This document shows, in pieces, positions 17,323-26,992 of a stretch of DNA of 38,812 nucleotides. Within the stretch, counting starts at the first letter, position 1; each line of letters starts with the position of its first letter. Position numbers and translations under genes: made by a program. This stretch comes from a virus (taxonomy: Duplodnaviria; Caudoviricetes): IMG/VR virus record IMGVR_UViG_3300014656_000011, positions 1 through 38,812 of that record. One strand, 5' to 3'. The notes below the pieces were generated by a model. It was given only the letters and a program-made list of their open reading frames with translations, was not told the DNA's origin and made no database searches.

Positions 17323-17838
17323 TTAATATTTAATAGTAATAGTTATTGTTACATTTTCGACAGATGTAGGTGTCCCTGTTAATTTTAAAGCAAGTCTATC
17401 TCCTGCTTCTAATCGTGTATCTCCTATTGATTCGGTTAAACTTCCGTCTAAAACTGTGTTAATTGTTCCTTTTAAGTCAAAGTCTGATGTTAGAAGTTCT
17501 ATACCAGAAGCTGGGGCAGTTGTTCCTATAAGCTTTTCTACATTCAAAGTAACTGCTCCACCGTCTGTTCCTAATACTGTATGAACTTCTGTAATCGTAT
17601 TTATTGTGAAAGCAAATGGAGCTGTAAAGAATACACTATAATTTCCTGCTGTTGATGCCTGTGTTCCAAATAATGTAAATGAAAGTGTTTGTTGTTTCCC
17701 TGATAAATTTTCAAAAGGTATTCTCGGACTATCTGAATTATTATGAGTATGGAAAGGTGTTTGAGCCACAGCAAATTGATTGACAGAATTATTGTCATCA
17801 ATCATTTGTTGTATTTCTTTTTTTAATTCTTCGTTCAT
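17323..17838 (-). CDS. Virion structural protein
   Basis: HTHN motif and beta-rich C-domain (LEAGDRLAL). Confidence 0.6.
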   Translation of the reverse strand: MNEELKKEIQQMIDDNNSVNQFAVAQTPFHTHNNSDSPRIPFENLSGKQQTLSFTLFGTQASTAGNYSVFFTAPFAFTINTITEVHTVLGTDGGAVTLNVEKLIGTTAPASGIELLTSDFDLKGTINTVLDGSLTESIGDTRLEAGDRLALKLTGTPTSVENVTITITIKY

Positions 17839-19964
17839 ATAATTTTAATACTTTGTAATCTAACAAAGTCTGCATTTGCACCTGAACCATTTGGACTTAA
17901 TGTAATCTGTAATTGTAACCATTGTCCTTTTTCAAATACTGATGAAAAGTATCCTGATAATGGGGAAGTTTCTGTTACTGCTGTCCCACAAGTTACCCAA
18001 GCATCTGTTGAATTTTGTCTATATTTCATTGTAACTGTTCCAACACTTAATATTGTGCTTAATTTATATTCAATCCTTGAAAATGTATGTTTATCTAACA
18101 TTGACCCTGTAGGGATTAAATCTGTTTCAATAACACAAGGTGTAGAGATAGTTTGGTCGTTTCCGTCTATTCCATACAAAGGAGAACTTACATCTGAATA
18201 CCAACCACTAAAGTATTGTGGTCCTCTTTCTGTTTGAGTTTCCGAAGGAATTAAAACCGAAGCTGCACCATTATAACTTCCGTAACTATTTTGGTTCTCT
18301 ATTCTTAAAGATAAACCTGTATCTTGTCCGTAAAAGAAATTCTGTGAAGGAACAAATGACCATACACCTCCACAGTTTCCTGCTTTAGCTGGGAATGGAG
18401 ATTTTGCTGCAACTTGGTCTTGTATTGAGAAATATACTCTACCTCTTAAATACATAGCATCTCCCCAAGTAAAATAAGGGTCAATATAAGTTTGTGGAGA
18501 ACCTGCTATACCTGCACAATAATCAGGCACAGTTAGAACCAATGAAGCTGTTGAGCCATTAGTTACATAAATATTTCCTTTGTTTCCTGCGAAGACATAA
18601 AGCATATTGTTAACAGTTACCATATTTACTGCCATATTTTCAGGTAAAGGAATTATATCACTTGGAGTTACTGATACTTGATTCCAAGGATAGAGTATAT
18701 TTGATTCACAACCTATTATTACATTGTTTCCTATTTCTCCTATTACTGTGGCTATTTCAAATGTAGGTAAATCTAATCTTTGAGGTGTCCAAGTTAGTGT
18801 TGCTTTTCCACCTGCTGATATAGGATAAAAAGTATTAAAGTATTGGTTACCTGATGAACCAGTAGCTATGTCTAAAGCTGAACCTCCTGAAATCGCTGCA
18901 TAAACTCCAAATTTTCCTGTTCCTGCTGCATATTCTATATAATAAACTGTTCCAACTGTCAATGCTGTTGGTTTTGTATCGTCTGTGAAAAATACTGCTG
19001 GTATTCTTAATGTACTTGTTCCTACTGTTGGTAATGACCCACTAATAAGAGTTGCAATAGTTCCTGTTGTAGTTACTGCTGTATATTTACAATATGATTG
19101 AATATTCGGTCCTCCACTTAATAAGGAAGTATTAGGGAATAACGAACCTATAAAGTTAGTATCTGTATAATAAAGTTTTCCTTGATGTCCTACAAAGGCA
19201 AAGTTTTTATTTGGAGAGGAAGCAGGAGTTAATAATAAACCAGAAGCAAACACTGTATAAGAACTTGTAAGAATACTTGTTGATTTACACCAAATTGTTC
19301 TAGCTGTTGCTGGGGAAGTATGATTGGCAAATAACATAACCCAACCGTTTAAAATAGCTAGTCCTGTCGCATTTGTATATAAAGTTGTATCGGGTAAAAA
19401 CCAAGTTAAGTTTATAGAAGCATCTACTGTAGCTGTATCATAAACCCATACTAAGCCTTGATTATCTAAAATATAATACCTGTATTGTTTATTTGTTCCA
19501 TCGCTGTAAAATTCAGTTGCTTTAGCTATTGGTTTTCCTACATCTCTAGTATAAGTAAAACTAGCTGTGCCAGAAGCTGTGAATGTTTCAACACTTCCAC
19601 CTAGAGTTGTAGATAGTTTTAATACATTACTAGAAACATTTACTATGTAATAAGTTCCGTCTGCTAATCCTATTATAGAGCTTCCTGATATTGTAATAGG
19701 AACTCCTGAATTAAATACACTCACTCCTGTCATTACTGCTTCTAATTCAGTTGTGCTTGTAGCTGTTAATGTTCCTGTTCCTGCTCCAGTTGCTTTAACA
19801 GTTGTTTGCAAAGCTCTGTCAAAACTAGCCATAGCTTCCCCTGATATGGTTGAAATGTTCCCTGCTTGTATATTAGCTAGTCCTTTGTGTGGGGACATAC
19901 CAATACCATTCTCCCAGCCAGAGATTGTTATTGTTTTTTCTTTTTTATCTATTTGATAACTCAT
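17835..19964 (-). CDS. Tail hub / tail tubular protein B (P22 gp10-like beta-propeller) with inserted beta domains
   Basis: 709 aa, beta-rich; C-terminal IETD...KHTFSRI...GQWLQLQITL pattern. Confidence 0.65.
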   Translation of the reverse strand: MSYQIDKKEKTITISGWENGIGMSPHKGLANIQAGNISTISGEAMASFDRALQTTVKATGAGTGTLTATSTTELEAVMTGVSVFNSGVPITISGSSIIGLADGTYYIVNVSSNVLKLSTTLGGSVETFTASGTASFTYTRDVGKPIAKATEFYSDGTNKQYRYYILDNQGLVWVYDTATVDASINLTWFLPDTTLYTNATGLAILNGWVMLFANHTSPATARTIWCKSTSILTSSYTVFASGLLLTPASSPNKNFAFVGHQGKLYYTDTNFIGSLFPNTSLLSGGPNIQSYCKYTAVTTTGTIATLISGSLPTVGTSTLRIPAVFFTDDTKPTALTVGTVYYIEYAAGTGKFGVYAAISGGSALDIATGSSGNQYFNTFYPISAGGKATLTWTPQRLDLPTFEIATVIGEIGNNVIIGCESNILYPWNQVSVTPSDIIPLPENMAVNMVTVNNMLYVFAGNKGNIYVTNGSTASLVLTVPDYCAGIAGSPQTYIDPYFTWGDAMYLRGRVYFSIQDQVAAKSPFPAKAGNCGGVWSFVPSQNFFYGQDTGLSLRIENQNSYGSYNGAASVLIPSETQTERGPQYFSGWYSDVSSPLYGIDGNDQTISTPCVIETDLIPTGSMLDKHTFSRIEYKLSTILSVGTVTMKYRQNSTDAWVTCGTAVTETSPLSGYFSSVFEKGQWLQLQITLSPNGSGANADFVRLQSIKII

Positions 19965-19968
19965 AATT

Positions 19969-20667
19969 TTACATAAATTGGAAGAATCCTGTGTTTGTTA
20001 CTCCAGTAAAAGGAACATCTGTGCTAAATACTGCTGAATTATTATTTGTTAAATCATTATTATTAGATGTTTCGTCTAATAAAGAGTTGTTTAATTTCCA
20101 GTATGCTACAAGGTTTGCTTCATTACCTACTAGTTCTTTATTATAGTTATTTGATATTTCTGTTGGTGTTCTTATATCTGACCATACACGGACATCATCT
20201 ATTTTTCCATCCCAGAAAGCATCGGGATTTGATGTTGTATTTAAAAAAGAACCAATCAAAAAAGGAGCAGAACTATTAAACATTGATGTAGCTAAACCTG
20301 TTAATGTATCTACACTTGAACCATTTATGTATAATTCTGCTGTTCCTGCACTTGCATCATAAGCTATAGCTATTTGATACCAAGTAGCTAAATCAGGTGA
20401 CCAAACAGAACTATCACTTGATACATTAGCTCCGTCACTTGAGTTATAAAAAACTAAACTTGTGCCATTATAAAGAAAATTCCAAGAACGATTTGTTGTT
20501 CCGTCATATTTAGATAAAAGTATTTGTGTTCCAACAGATTCAAAATTTACCCAACACTCTAAAGTCATATCTCCAGTAATATCCAAACCAGTTTGTGCTG
20601 CATCTGTTATACTAAGATATTGCGATGATGTTGATTCTAAATCTATTGAATGCGTGTTTGTTGACAT
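19969..20667 (-). CDS. LamG / concanavalin-A-like domain protein (putative receptor-binding)
   Basis: MTLECWVNF, TWYQIAIAYD, LYING, GKIDDVRVW...RT..EI, NLVAYWKLN. Confidence 0.9.
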   Translation of the reverse strand: MSTNTHSIDLESTSSQYLSITDAAQTGLDITGDMTLECWVNFESVGTQILLSKYDGTTNRSWNFLYNGTSLVFYNSSDGANVSSDSSVWSPDLATWYQIAIAYDASAGTAELYINGSSVDTLTGLATSMFNSSAPFLIGSFLNTTSNPDAFWDGKIDDVRVWSDIRTPTEISNNYNKELVGNEANLVAYWKLNNSLLDETSNNNDLTNNNSAVFSTDVPFTGVTNTGFFQFM

Positions 20668-20668
20668 A

Positions 20669-20764
20669 TTATTTATATAATTCGTCTATTTCTTTATCCC
20701 AACCAGTTATTAAACCAATTATGAGTAAAGGTATTCCTATAAAGATTGCTTGTAATGTTTTCAT
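20669..20764 (-). CDS. 31-aa single-TM peptide
   Basis: MKTLQAIFIGIPLLIIGLITGWDKEIDELYK; TAATG-coupled to the upstream gene and stops just before the next ATG. Confidence 0.55.
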   Translation of the reverse strand: MKTLQAIFIGIPLLIIGLITGWDKEIDELYK

Positions 20765-21894
20765 TATGCTTCTTCTACGGATGCAACACATCCCCACTTA
20801 CTTGTAACTGTGTCATAAATAAATCCGACAGTTAATACTTTACTTATTGTTGTTGTAGTTGGTAAAGCAACACCCTTTGCTTCAAATGAAGCTCCCCATG
20901 TAATTCCTCTTGCAGTTCCATCATCTTTTATTCTTATAATTAATTTCTGAAAGTTTGTAGGAGTTCCTGATAAATTTGTAGTCATTGATGTTATATCAGT
21001 AGCTATTGCAGTAATTGAATGTGCATCAACATTATCTGTATTAATTGTAGGTGTAGCACTTGAAGCTTCTGTAGAAACTCTTGGTGTAATTCTTTTATTA
21101 GTTAAAGTATTTGTAGAACTTATAGAAGGAATTACTACTCCCTCTACTGCTAATACTCCAGCAGCACTTCTTGAAAGTGTTGTATCAGAAGCATGTCCTA
21201 GTTCTATTGTTCCTACTCCTAAAGCAGTAGTTGTATCATCTACTAATCCAGTTAAAGGAAGTCCTGTACAATTTGTTAAAGTTCCACCAGATGGCGTTCC
21301 TAATGCACCTCCTGAATAAAGCAAAATAGCATTTGCATCTGGTAGTGTAAAGGTCTTTTCAGCAGTAGTTGGACCTGTAAATTTAGTAAATCCATTACCT
21401 GTTCCTCCGTAAGTTGAAGCAATTACTTGTGTTAGTGCAGCAGAACCATCGAAGTTATTACCATAAATAGCCCTAGCTGTTGCTAGAGTTACTGCTGTTG
21501 TAGCTGTTCCTGATGTACAAACTGTATTATCTCCTGTGTTAGTTCCTGAAACAGAAGCATCTAATGGAACTGTTAAAGTCTTTGATGTTGTTCCACCTGC
21601 TATTGTAAATCCATTAGTTTGTGCTGCTAAAGTTAAACCATTAACTGATGTAGGAGTAATTGCTCCAAGAGTTAATGTGATAGCTGGGGTTGTTGTAGAA
21701 GTTGCAACTGTTCCTGATATTCCGTTGGCTGTAGTAACTGACACAGATGTAACTGTTCCTGCCCCTGCTGCTAAATCAACTAAAAGACGATGAGTAGTGG
21801 GGTCAGCCCACAAATTTACAATAGCACCATCACCAGCACTTGATAATGCTGATAATGCTCTTCTACTATTTTGGTCTAATCCTGCTTCATTCAT
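20764..21894 (-). CDS. Tail fibre / spike-like protein
   Basis: Thr/Gly-rich; GTVTSVSV, LATARAIYGNNFDGSA, TLTNKRI, IKDDGTARGITW. Confidence 0.75.
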   Translation of the reverse strand: MNEAGLDQNSRRALSALSSAGDGAIVNLWADPTTHRLLVDLAAGAGTVTSVSVTTANGISGTVATSTTTPAITLTLGAITPTSVNGLTLAAQTNGFTIAGGTTSKTLTVPLDASVSGTNTGDNTVCTSGTATTAVTLATARAIYGNNFDGSAALTQVIASTYGGTGNGFTKFTGPTTAEKTFTLPDANAILLYSGGALGTPSGGTLTNCTGLPLTGLVDDTTTALGVGTIELGHASDTTLSRSAAGVLAVEGVVIPSISSTNTLTNKRITPRVSTEASSATPTINTDNVDAHSITAIATDITSMTTNLSGTPTNFQKLIIRIKDDGTARGITWGASFEAKGVALPTTTTISKVLTVGFIYDTVTSKWGCVASVEEA

Positions 21895-21900
21895 AATTTT

Positions 21901-22182
21901 TTATGCACTATCTATTAATAATTTATTGTTTGATACATCTCCATAAATTTCTACAATACTTCCGTCATCTGCTGATGAAAGAGCTGTAAATACTGGAACA
22001 CTATTTTCATCTAACATTGCATTATCTCCGTTATTTCCATTATCACTTCCAGTAGAAGCATCATTTACACAAAGTCCGTGTCCTGTTGGTTCTGCACATA
22101 TAGGGACAATCGTAACTCCGTCTAAGCTAGAAGCACAGATTATTGTAGGTCTTCCATTTGAATCGTGTTTTGCATTTGTCAT
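21901..22182 (-). CDS. Small structural protein made of two copies of a module also found at the fibre N-terminus
   Basis: A..D.N...SS..DG..IV...motif occurs twice. Confidence 0.65.
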   Translation of the reverse strand: MTNAKHDSNGRPTIICASSLDGVTIVPICAEPTGHGLCVNDASTGSDNGNNGDNAMLDENSVPVFTALSSADDGSIVEIYGDVSNNKLLIDSA

Positions 22183-22886
22183 TTCTTTTTTGTTCGAGCT
22201 ATTGCTCTTTCTAATGTTGCTCTTAAATCATTACACCTAACTCTATCTTCATCTAATTCCTTTGATAATAGGTTTAGACTTTCTTCTCTTTGTTTTAATG
22301 TAAACTCATAAGACTTAATACTGTCTTCTTTTATTGACAATTCTCTATTCTTTAAGTCAAATGTTCTGTCTTGATTATCTTTCTTATTTATAATTTCTTG
22401 TTTAGTCTTTTTAATAATTTCAAGGTCTTCTTCTGCTTCAAGATAAACTTTAGATAATTCTCTTTCTCTAACTTTGATATTATTTAAAATCTCTTTAGAT
22501 TTTTTTTCTCTTTCTACTGTCCTCTCTGCTTTACCCTCTAATTCGCTTGAAATGACCCCTAGCTCTGCTTTAACTTCCAATAAGCTGTCTTTAGCTGTCT
22601 TTAGTGTTTCCCACTCTAAATCAAGAGGTTTTACAAGTTCTTTTCTTTTTTCTTCTAAAACAATTAATTCTCTTTCTTTTGTTTGTATTTCTTGGAATAG
22701 TTTATCAGTTTTCTCTTTTAGTTCTGTTTCCATTCCAAGTAAGAACAAATTATGTTGTTTTTCTAAATCAGCTAACTTAATACGAAGTGCATCAACTTTT
22801 TTAGCTAATATTACTCCTTCATTGATTAGGTTTGCTTTCTGTTCTTCAACAACGGAGTTTACTTTTTTCTTTGACAATAATTTCAT
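22179..22886 (-). CDS. Coiled-coil protein
   Basis: K/E/L-rich heptads over about 230 aa. Confidence 0.7.
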   Translation of the reverse strand: MKLLSKKKVNSVVEEQKANLINEGVILAKKVDALRIKLADLEKQHNLFLLGMETELKEKTDKLFQEIQTKERELIVLEEKRKELVKPLDLEWETLKTAKDSLLEVKAELGVISSELEGKAERTVEREKKSKEILNNIKVRERELSKVYLEAEEDLEIIKKTKQEIINKKDNQDRTFDLKNRELSIKEDSIKSYEFTLKQREESLNLLSKELDEDRVRCNDLRATLERAIARTKKK

Positions 22887-22887
22887 T

Positions 22888-23376
22888 TTAGTTCATTGGA
22901 GAGTCTGACATTTGTCCTATTGATTCAGGCTCATCATCTTTAAATACTTGATTTAGATTATCTTTATCTGAAATGGCTTTAGAACCTTTAAATTTATTTC
23001 CATTATCTTTAGGTAAATCTTTTACTTTAGCTTTAGATATAGGCAAAGGAACTAAACACTGATTAATCCAATTTTGCAAAACTTTATCATCAAATGTTGG
23101 TGGTAAACCTCCCCCCATTTTAGCCATATCTTTATAAGTTTTACTTTTATAGAACTCTCTTATTGCTAATTTATAAGCAAATTTCTTTCTAATACTTTGA
23201 ATATTCTCTAATGATTCATTAGCGATAATCATAGGACTAGATGTTCCTGCTTCAAAAGTATATTCCTTGTTATTCCAAAGAGCTACGAAGTCTTCGTTGG
23301 TTGCATTTGTAAATCTAAATACTCCATCAAATTCATCGTTAATTCTAATTTCTTGTTCTTTATTTGTATTTTCCAT
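22888..23376 (-). CDS. Hypothetical protein in the head module
   Basis: 162 aa; no motif recognised. Confidence 0.7.
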   Translation of the reverse strand: MENTNKEQEIRINDEFDGVFRFTNATNEDFVALWNNKEYTFEAGTSSPMIIANESLENIQSIRKKFAYKLAIREFYKSKTYKDMAKMGGGLPPTFDDKVLQNWINQCLVPLPISKAKVKDLPKDNGNKFKGSKAISDKDNLNQVFKDDEPESIGQMSDSPMN

Positions 23377-23481
23377 AATAATTGACTCATTTCAGGTAGA
23401 GTAAGACCTTATTATTTATAATTGAACTCTTTCGGAGCTCATCTTTACCCCTGTAAAGGTGTAAAGGGATAAAGTGAACCA

Positions 23482-24315
23482 CTAAAGTGAAACGTTAATC
23501 ATATTATGTTTAGCGTCTGCTGAAGCAACTAAAGTTGTTCCAATTTTTGGACCTGTAGCTACGGCATAAGTCAATATTGACCCTGCTGTATCATCAGGAA
23601 CCATAACATCAAGACCTAGAGCTACTGTAGCTCCTGCTGCAACTGCAACTGGTCCTTTCGTTTGAACGTATCCGTATGAAAGAACTGTAGCTGATGTAGC
23701 TGGAAGTGGGTAAGCTGTTACTCCTAGAACTTGTCCGGTTAGGGTTGTAGCTGGACTAATGATTACACCGTCTGTTGTGTAGTCAGTTCCATTCTTTGAA
23801 CCGTAAGGATTAATTGTAAGAGTAAATCTTGAAGTAGTGTCTGTAGCTGTAGTAAATTGGTCTTCTAATACTACTGACATAGCAGAAGTAGTTGAAGCTG
23901 CAGTGTTGGATTCAATTTTCATTGTTTGTCCAAGACCTGTTCCTTCTACTACGTTTAGATAACCACCTTGGAATCTATTTACTAATACTGCTGTAGCACC
24001 TGTAGCAATTTGGATAACTTTACCACCTATTGAAGCCGCGATTGGACCTAATGATGCTGCGTATCCAGTTGTTGAGGTTGTAGCTGGAGAAAGACCAACT
24101 GCATTTGCTTGAGCTGCTGGACCTTGGACAACGTGTCCTTCGGTAATAGCAGTTCCACCTACTTGAACTAATGCGAACTCTCTACCGTCTCCAGTTGTCC
24201 ATCTTGAACCAACCATTGTTGCTAAAGAAGCATCGCTATTTATTACTGTTCCACTTGCTGTTGTAGTTGAATACACTTCAAATGGAGCACTTTTAAAACC
24301 TGTTAAATAAGTCAT
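23482..24315 (-). CDS. Capsid decoration / cement-like protein
   Basis: GSRWTTGDGREFALVQ...YGYVQTKGP; Ala/Thr/Gly-rich, downstream of the MCP. Confidence 0.6.
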   Translation of the reverse strand: MTYLTGFKSAPFEVYSTTTASGTVINSDASLATMVGSRWTTGDGREFALVQVGGTAITEGHVVQGPAAQANAVGLSPATTSTTGYAASLGPIAASIGGKVIQIATGATAVLVNRFQGGYLNVVEGTGLGQTMKIESNTAASTTSAMSVVLEDQFTTATDTTSRFTLTINPYGSKNGTDYTTDGVIISPATTLTGQVLGVTAYPLPATSATVLSYGYVQTKGPVAVAAGATVALGLDVMVPDDTAGSILTYAVATGPKIGTTLVASADAKHNMINVSL

Positions 24316-24369
24316 TTTCTTTTAATTGTTAGATTAATAATTTCTTTGTAATGTAATCCTTTCTAAAGA

Positions 24370-24924
24370 CTACATTAATGTTTGTAAGAATGAAACCCAA
24401 GTATTTGCTCCTGTGCAGACACTTGTAATAGTCATATGCTTACCTGTTGTTACTGCTGCAGTTCCACCAACTAAAGTATGTCCTGTGGCTGCTGTAATTG
24501 TAACTGTTTGGTCTCCGTCATTGTAGTAAGTCCACTTAATTGTAGAACCTACTGCAATTTCTGCTACACCTGCTGACATAGCTGTTCCTGTTGGAACGGT
24601 AGCTGTACCAGCTCCAGTAACAGATGTATGTATAACTATACCACCAAGAATCTGTGCAATTGTTGGAGTTGCACTTTGTGCATCTACATTAGTTATAGTT
24701 TGGTTAAATACAACATTTGGTGCTGTAGTTTCTCCAGTTACAGTTAATGTATCTGACATTGCAACAGCTCCTGATACAGTTTGTGCACCAGAAATTGTTG
24801 TCGCTCCTGACAAAGTTGTTGCACCAGATAATGTTGTTGCTCCTGATATAGTAACATCTACATCAGTAACAACTCCGTTATCTATAATTCCAGGTATATG
24901 TTGTTTCAATACGTCTATACTCAT
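24370..24924 (-). CDS. Virion structural (head-fibre-like) protein with hexapeptide repeats
   Basis: SGATTL SGATTL SGATTI SGAQTV SGAVAM, then a beta-rich domain. Confidence 0.65.
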   Translation of the reverse strand: MSIDVLKQHIPGIIDNGVVTDVDVTISGATTLSGATTLSGATTISGAQTVSGAVAMSDTLTVTGETTAPNVVFNQTITNVDAQSATPTIAQILGGIVIHTSVTGAGTATVPTGTAMSAGVAEIAVGSTIKWTYYNDGDQTVTITAATGHTLVGGTAAVTTGKHMTITSVCTGANTWVSFLQTLM

Positions 24925-24943
24925 AATTTTCTTTGATTAGCTA

Positions 24944-25969
24944 TTAAATACCTGTTACTCCTGTCAATTTACCATTTCTGAATGGGTTAGTTGAAATCAA
25001 CTGACCACCCATAATCATAAATCCGTTTACTGCTCCTTGGTTGTAAGCTTTAATCCAGTTAGTCCAAGTAAATGCTTTAGTTGCATTAGCTGGGTTGTAA
25101 GCATAGATGTTTCCTTGAATGTTCTTGTCAGCCAAAGATACAGCTTCTCCTTCCCACCAATTCAATCCGTAGAATTTCAAGTAGTCTGTATTCAATAGGT
25201 AGAAGTTACCTGTTAGACATTTCTTATCTTTGTAGATAGTTAGTCCGTCCCAGATTAAACCTTTGAAAGCATAACCTGTTCCTGAATCCATATTTTTGAA
25301 ATCTGTGTAAGTATTTCTTTGGAATGGTTGTAGTAATTGTTCGAAGTAAGCCCAAGTTGTATAGTCTGTCATTGCGAACGTAGGTGCAACTCTTCCGTCT
25401 GTGATTTCATTTGCTAATTGTCTAACTTTCAAAAGTGAAATTGTTCCACTTGAAGCTGTAACAGTAGCATTTAATCCTTCGTAAGTTGCTCTTGAAAGTC
25501 CTCCGTAGTTTGATGCTGTTGTTCCATCATCTACAATGTTTCCTAAACCTGCTGGAGCTTTTCCACCAAATGAAGTTCCATCACTTTGGAAGAAATTACC
25601 GATATCATCAGCTCCGTCTTGAGCTCTTGATTTCATCATTGTCTTCATAAGATTTAACTTCTGCATTGGTGTTTTGTTCACTGACAAGTCTGAACCTGCT
25701 AATGCAACGTTTGTAGCTACGAATGTAGGGTAGAAAGTCATATTAACTGATACTGGTTGTTGTGAAGTAGGAAGTTGGTCAAAGCCGTTGAAAGCTACTG
25801 AAGCAACACCTTTTTGATACTTAATTGGGAACAACATTTGTGAACCGTCCCATTTTGCAGTGTTTCCTAAGATTTCACCGAAAAAGAAGTTATCTTGCAA
25901 AACTTGGTCAACCCAAGCTGGTGCTAGATATTGGTTAGTCGTTGTTTGAATATTTATGTTTGGTTGCAT
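24944..25969 (-). CDS. Major capsid protein (HK97 fold)
   Basis: 341 aa after the scaffold; FNGFDQLPT, GLGNIVDDGT...YGGLSRATY, NPFRNGKLTGVT; visibly richer in TAC/TTC/AAC codons. Confidence 0.85.
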   Translation of the reverse strand: MQPNINIQTTTNQYLAPAWVDQVLQDNFFFGEILGNTAKWDGSQMLFPIKYQKGVASVAFNGFDQLPTSQQPVSVNMTFYPTFVATNVALAGSDLSVNKTPMQKLNLMKTMMKSRAQDGADDIGNFFQSDGTSFGGKAPAGLGNIVDDGTTASNYGGLSRATYEGLNATVTASSGTISLLKVRQLANEITDGRVAPTFAMTDYTTWAYFEQLLQPFQRNTYTDFKNMDSGTGYAFKGLIWDGLTIYKDKKCLTGNFYLLNTDYLKFYGLNWWEGEAVSLADKNIQGNIYAYNPANATKAFTWTNWIKAYNQGAVNGFMIMGGQLISTNPFRNGKLTGVTGI

Positions 25970-25996
25970 AATAATAATTTTTAATTTCTAATAATT

Positions 25997-26764
25997 TTAA
26001 CCTGATAATTTACCAAACCACTTTTCTACTGCATTCCACGATTTATCAGTGTTTTCTTGAACAACTGAAGCATCGTTTGAACGAGCTGAAGAACGATTGG
26101 CTAATTCTTTTGCACGATTTGGTTTAGGTTGTGCAGTCCCTTTTTGAATATCTTGGAATAGTTTAAATGATTCCTTTAGGTCAGGATATTCAGATACCTG
26201 TCCGTCTGCATCTTTAGGAGCAATTCTCTTAATGAAATCAACGAACTCACCTCTAGTCTTTTGTGCAATTTCTTTATCTGAAGTTATATCTACTTTGAAA
26301 GTATCTTCTATATCTTCAAATCCTTTAACAAGTTCATTGTGAGCTTCTTGCTCTGCTTGTTTTTCTTCGTTTACTCTTGCGTCAATTTCTTTTAGTGCTT
26401 CTGCTCTTGTATTAGTATCTCTACTATCAAGAGCTTTTTTGAAGTCTTTAATAGCTTGTATCTTTTCAGGTGTATCGTTTCCAATAACTCTGTTAAGAAC
26501 ATCTACTAAAGGGTCTTCTTCTGGTGTAACTTCTACTGGTTTTTCAATAGTAGGTTGAACCTGTGGCATTCTTTTTTCAATCTCTTTTTCTATAAATTTT
26601 TGAACCTTTGGGTCCTTATGATAAGGGATTTTTTCTTCTTCCACTTCTTCTGTCTCTACTACTGGTTCTTCTTCTGTTGTTTCCAACACATCAGGAGTTG
26701 CTTCAAAAGGGTCTTTTTCAACTTCTTTTAAATCTCCTAAAAAATCATCTAATTCATTTGGCAT
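25997..26764 (-). CDS. Capsid scaffolding protein (likely start MPNEL at 26764)
   Basis: Acidic N-terminus, IPYHKDPKVQKFI, helical; lies between portal and MCP. Confidence 0.75.
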   Translation of the reverse strand: MPNELDDFLGDLKEVEKDPFEATPDVLETTEEEPVVETEEVEEEKIPYHKDPKVQKFIEKEIEKRMPQVQPTIEKPVEVTPEEDPLVDVLNRVIGNDTPEKIQAIKDFKKALDSRDTNTRAEALKEIDARVNEEKQAEQEAHNELVKGFEDIEDTFKVDITSDKEIAQKTRGEFVDFIKRIAPKDADGQVSEYPDLKESFKLFQDIQKGTAQPKPNRAKELANRSSARSNDASVVQENTDKSWNAVEKWFGKLSG

Positions 26765-26862
26765 AATATTTTTGCAAGTTGTTTCAGGCACAATCAGGAA
26801 AGCCTATTATACTATTAATTGGGTCTTATTTAAGGTCCACTACCCTAGAAACGGACACACTT

Positions 26863-26970
26863 TTACTTCTTTTTATTTTTCATTTTTTCTAAAGCTTTTT
26901 CCATAGCTTCGTGTTTCATACATTCTTTATCTCCTTTCTTAAACTTAATCTTTTTGTTCATCTTTAACAT
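26863..26970 (-). CDS. Small basic protein (35 aa)
   Basis: MLKMNKKIKFKKGDKECMKHEAMEKALEKMKNKKK. Confidence 0.55.
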   Translation of the reverse strand: MLKMNKKIKFKKGDKECMKHEAMEKALEKMKNKKK

Positions 26971-26992
26971 AATTGATTTGATTAACTAATAA

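Noticed and set aside
17601-17801. Second same-strand nested ORF inside the 171-aa structural gene
   Set aside because: It is only 66 aa with no motif, unlike the nested HNH.
22179-22886. Tape-measure protein
   Set aside because: Too short and charged, and no tail tube or sheath genes are present; the tail module is podovirus-like.
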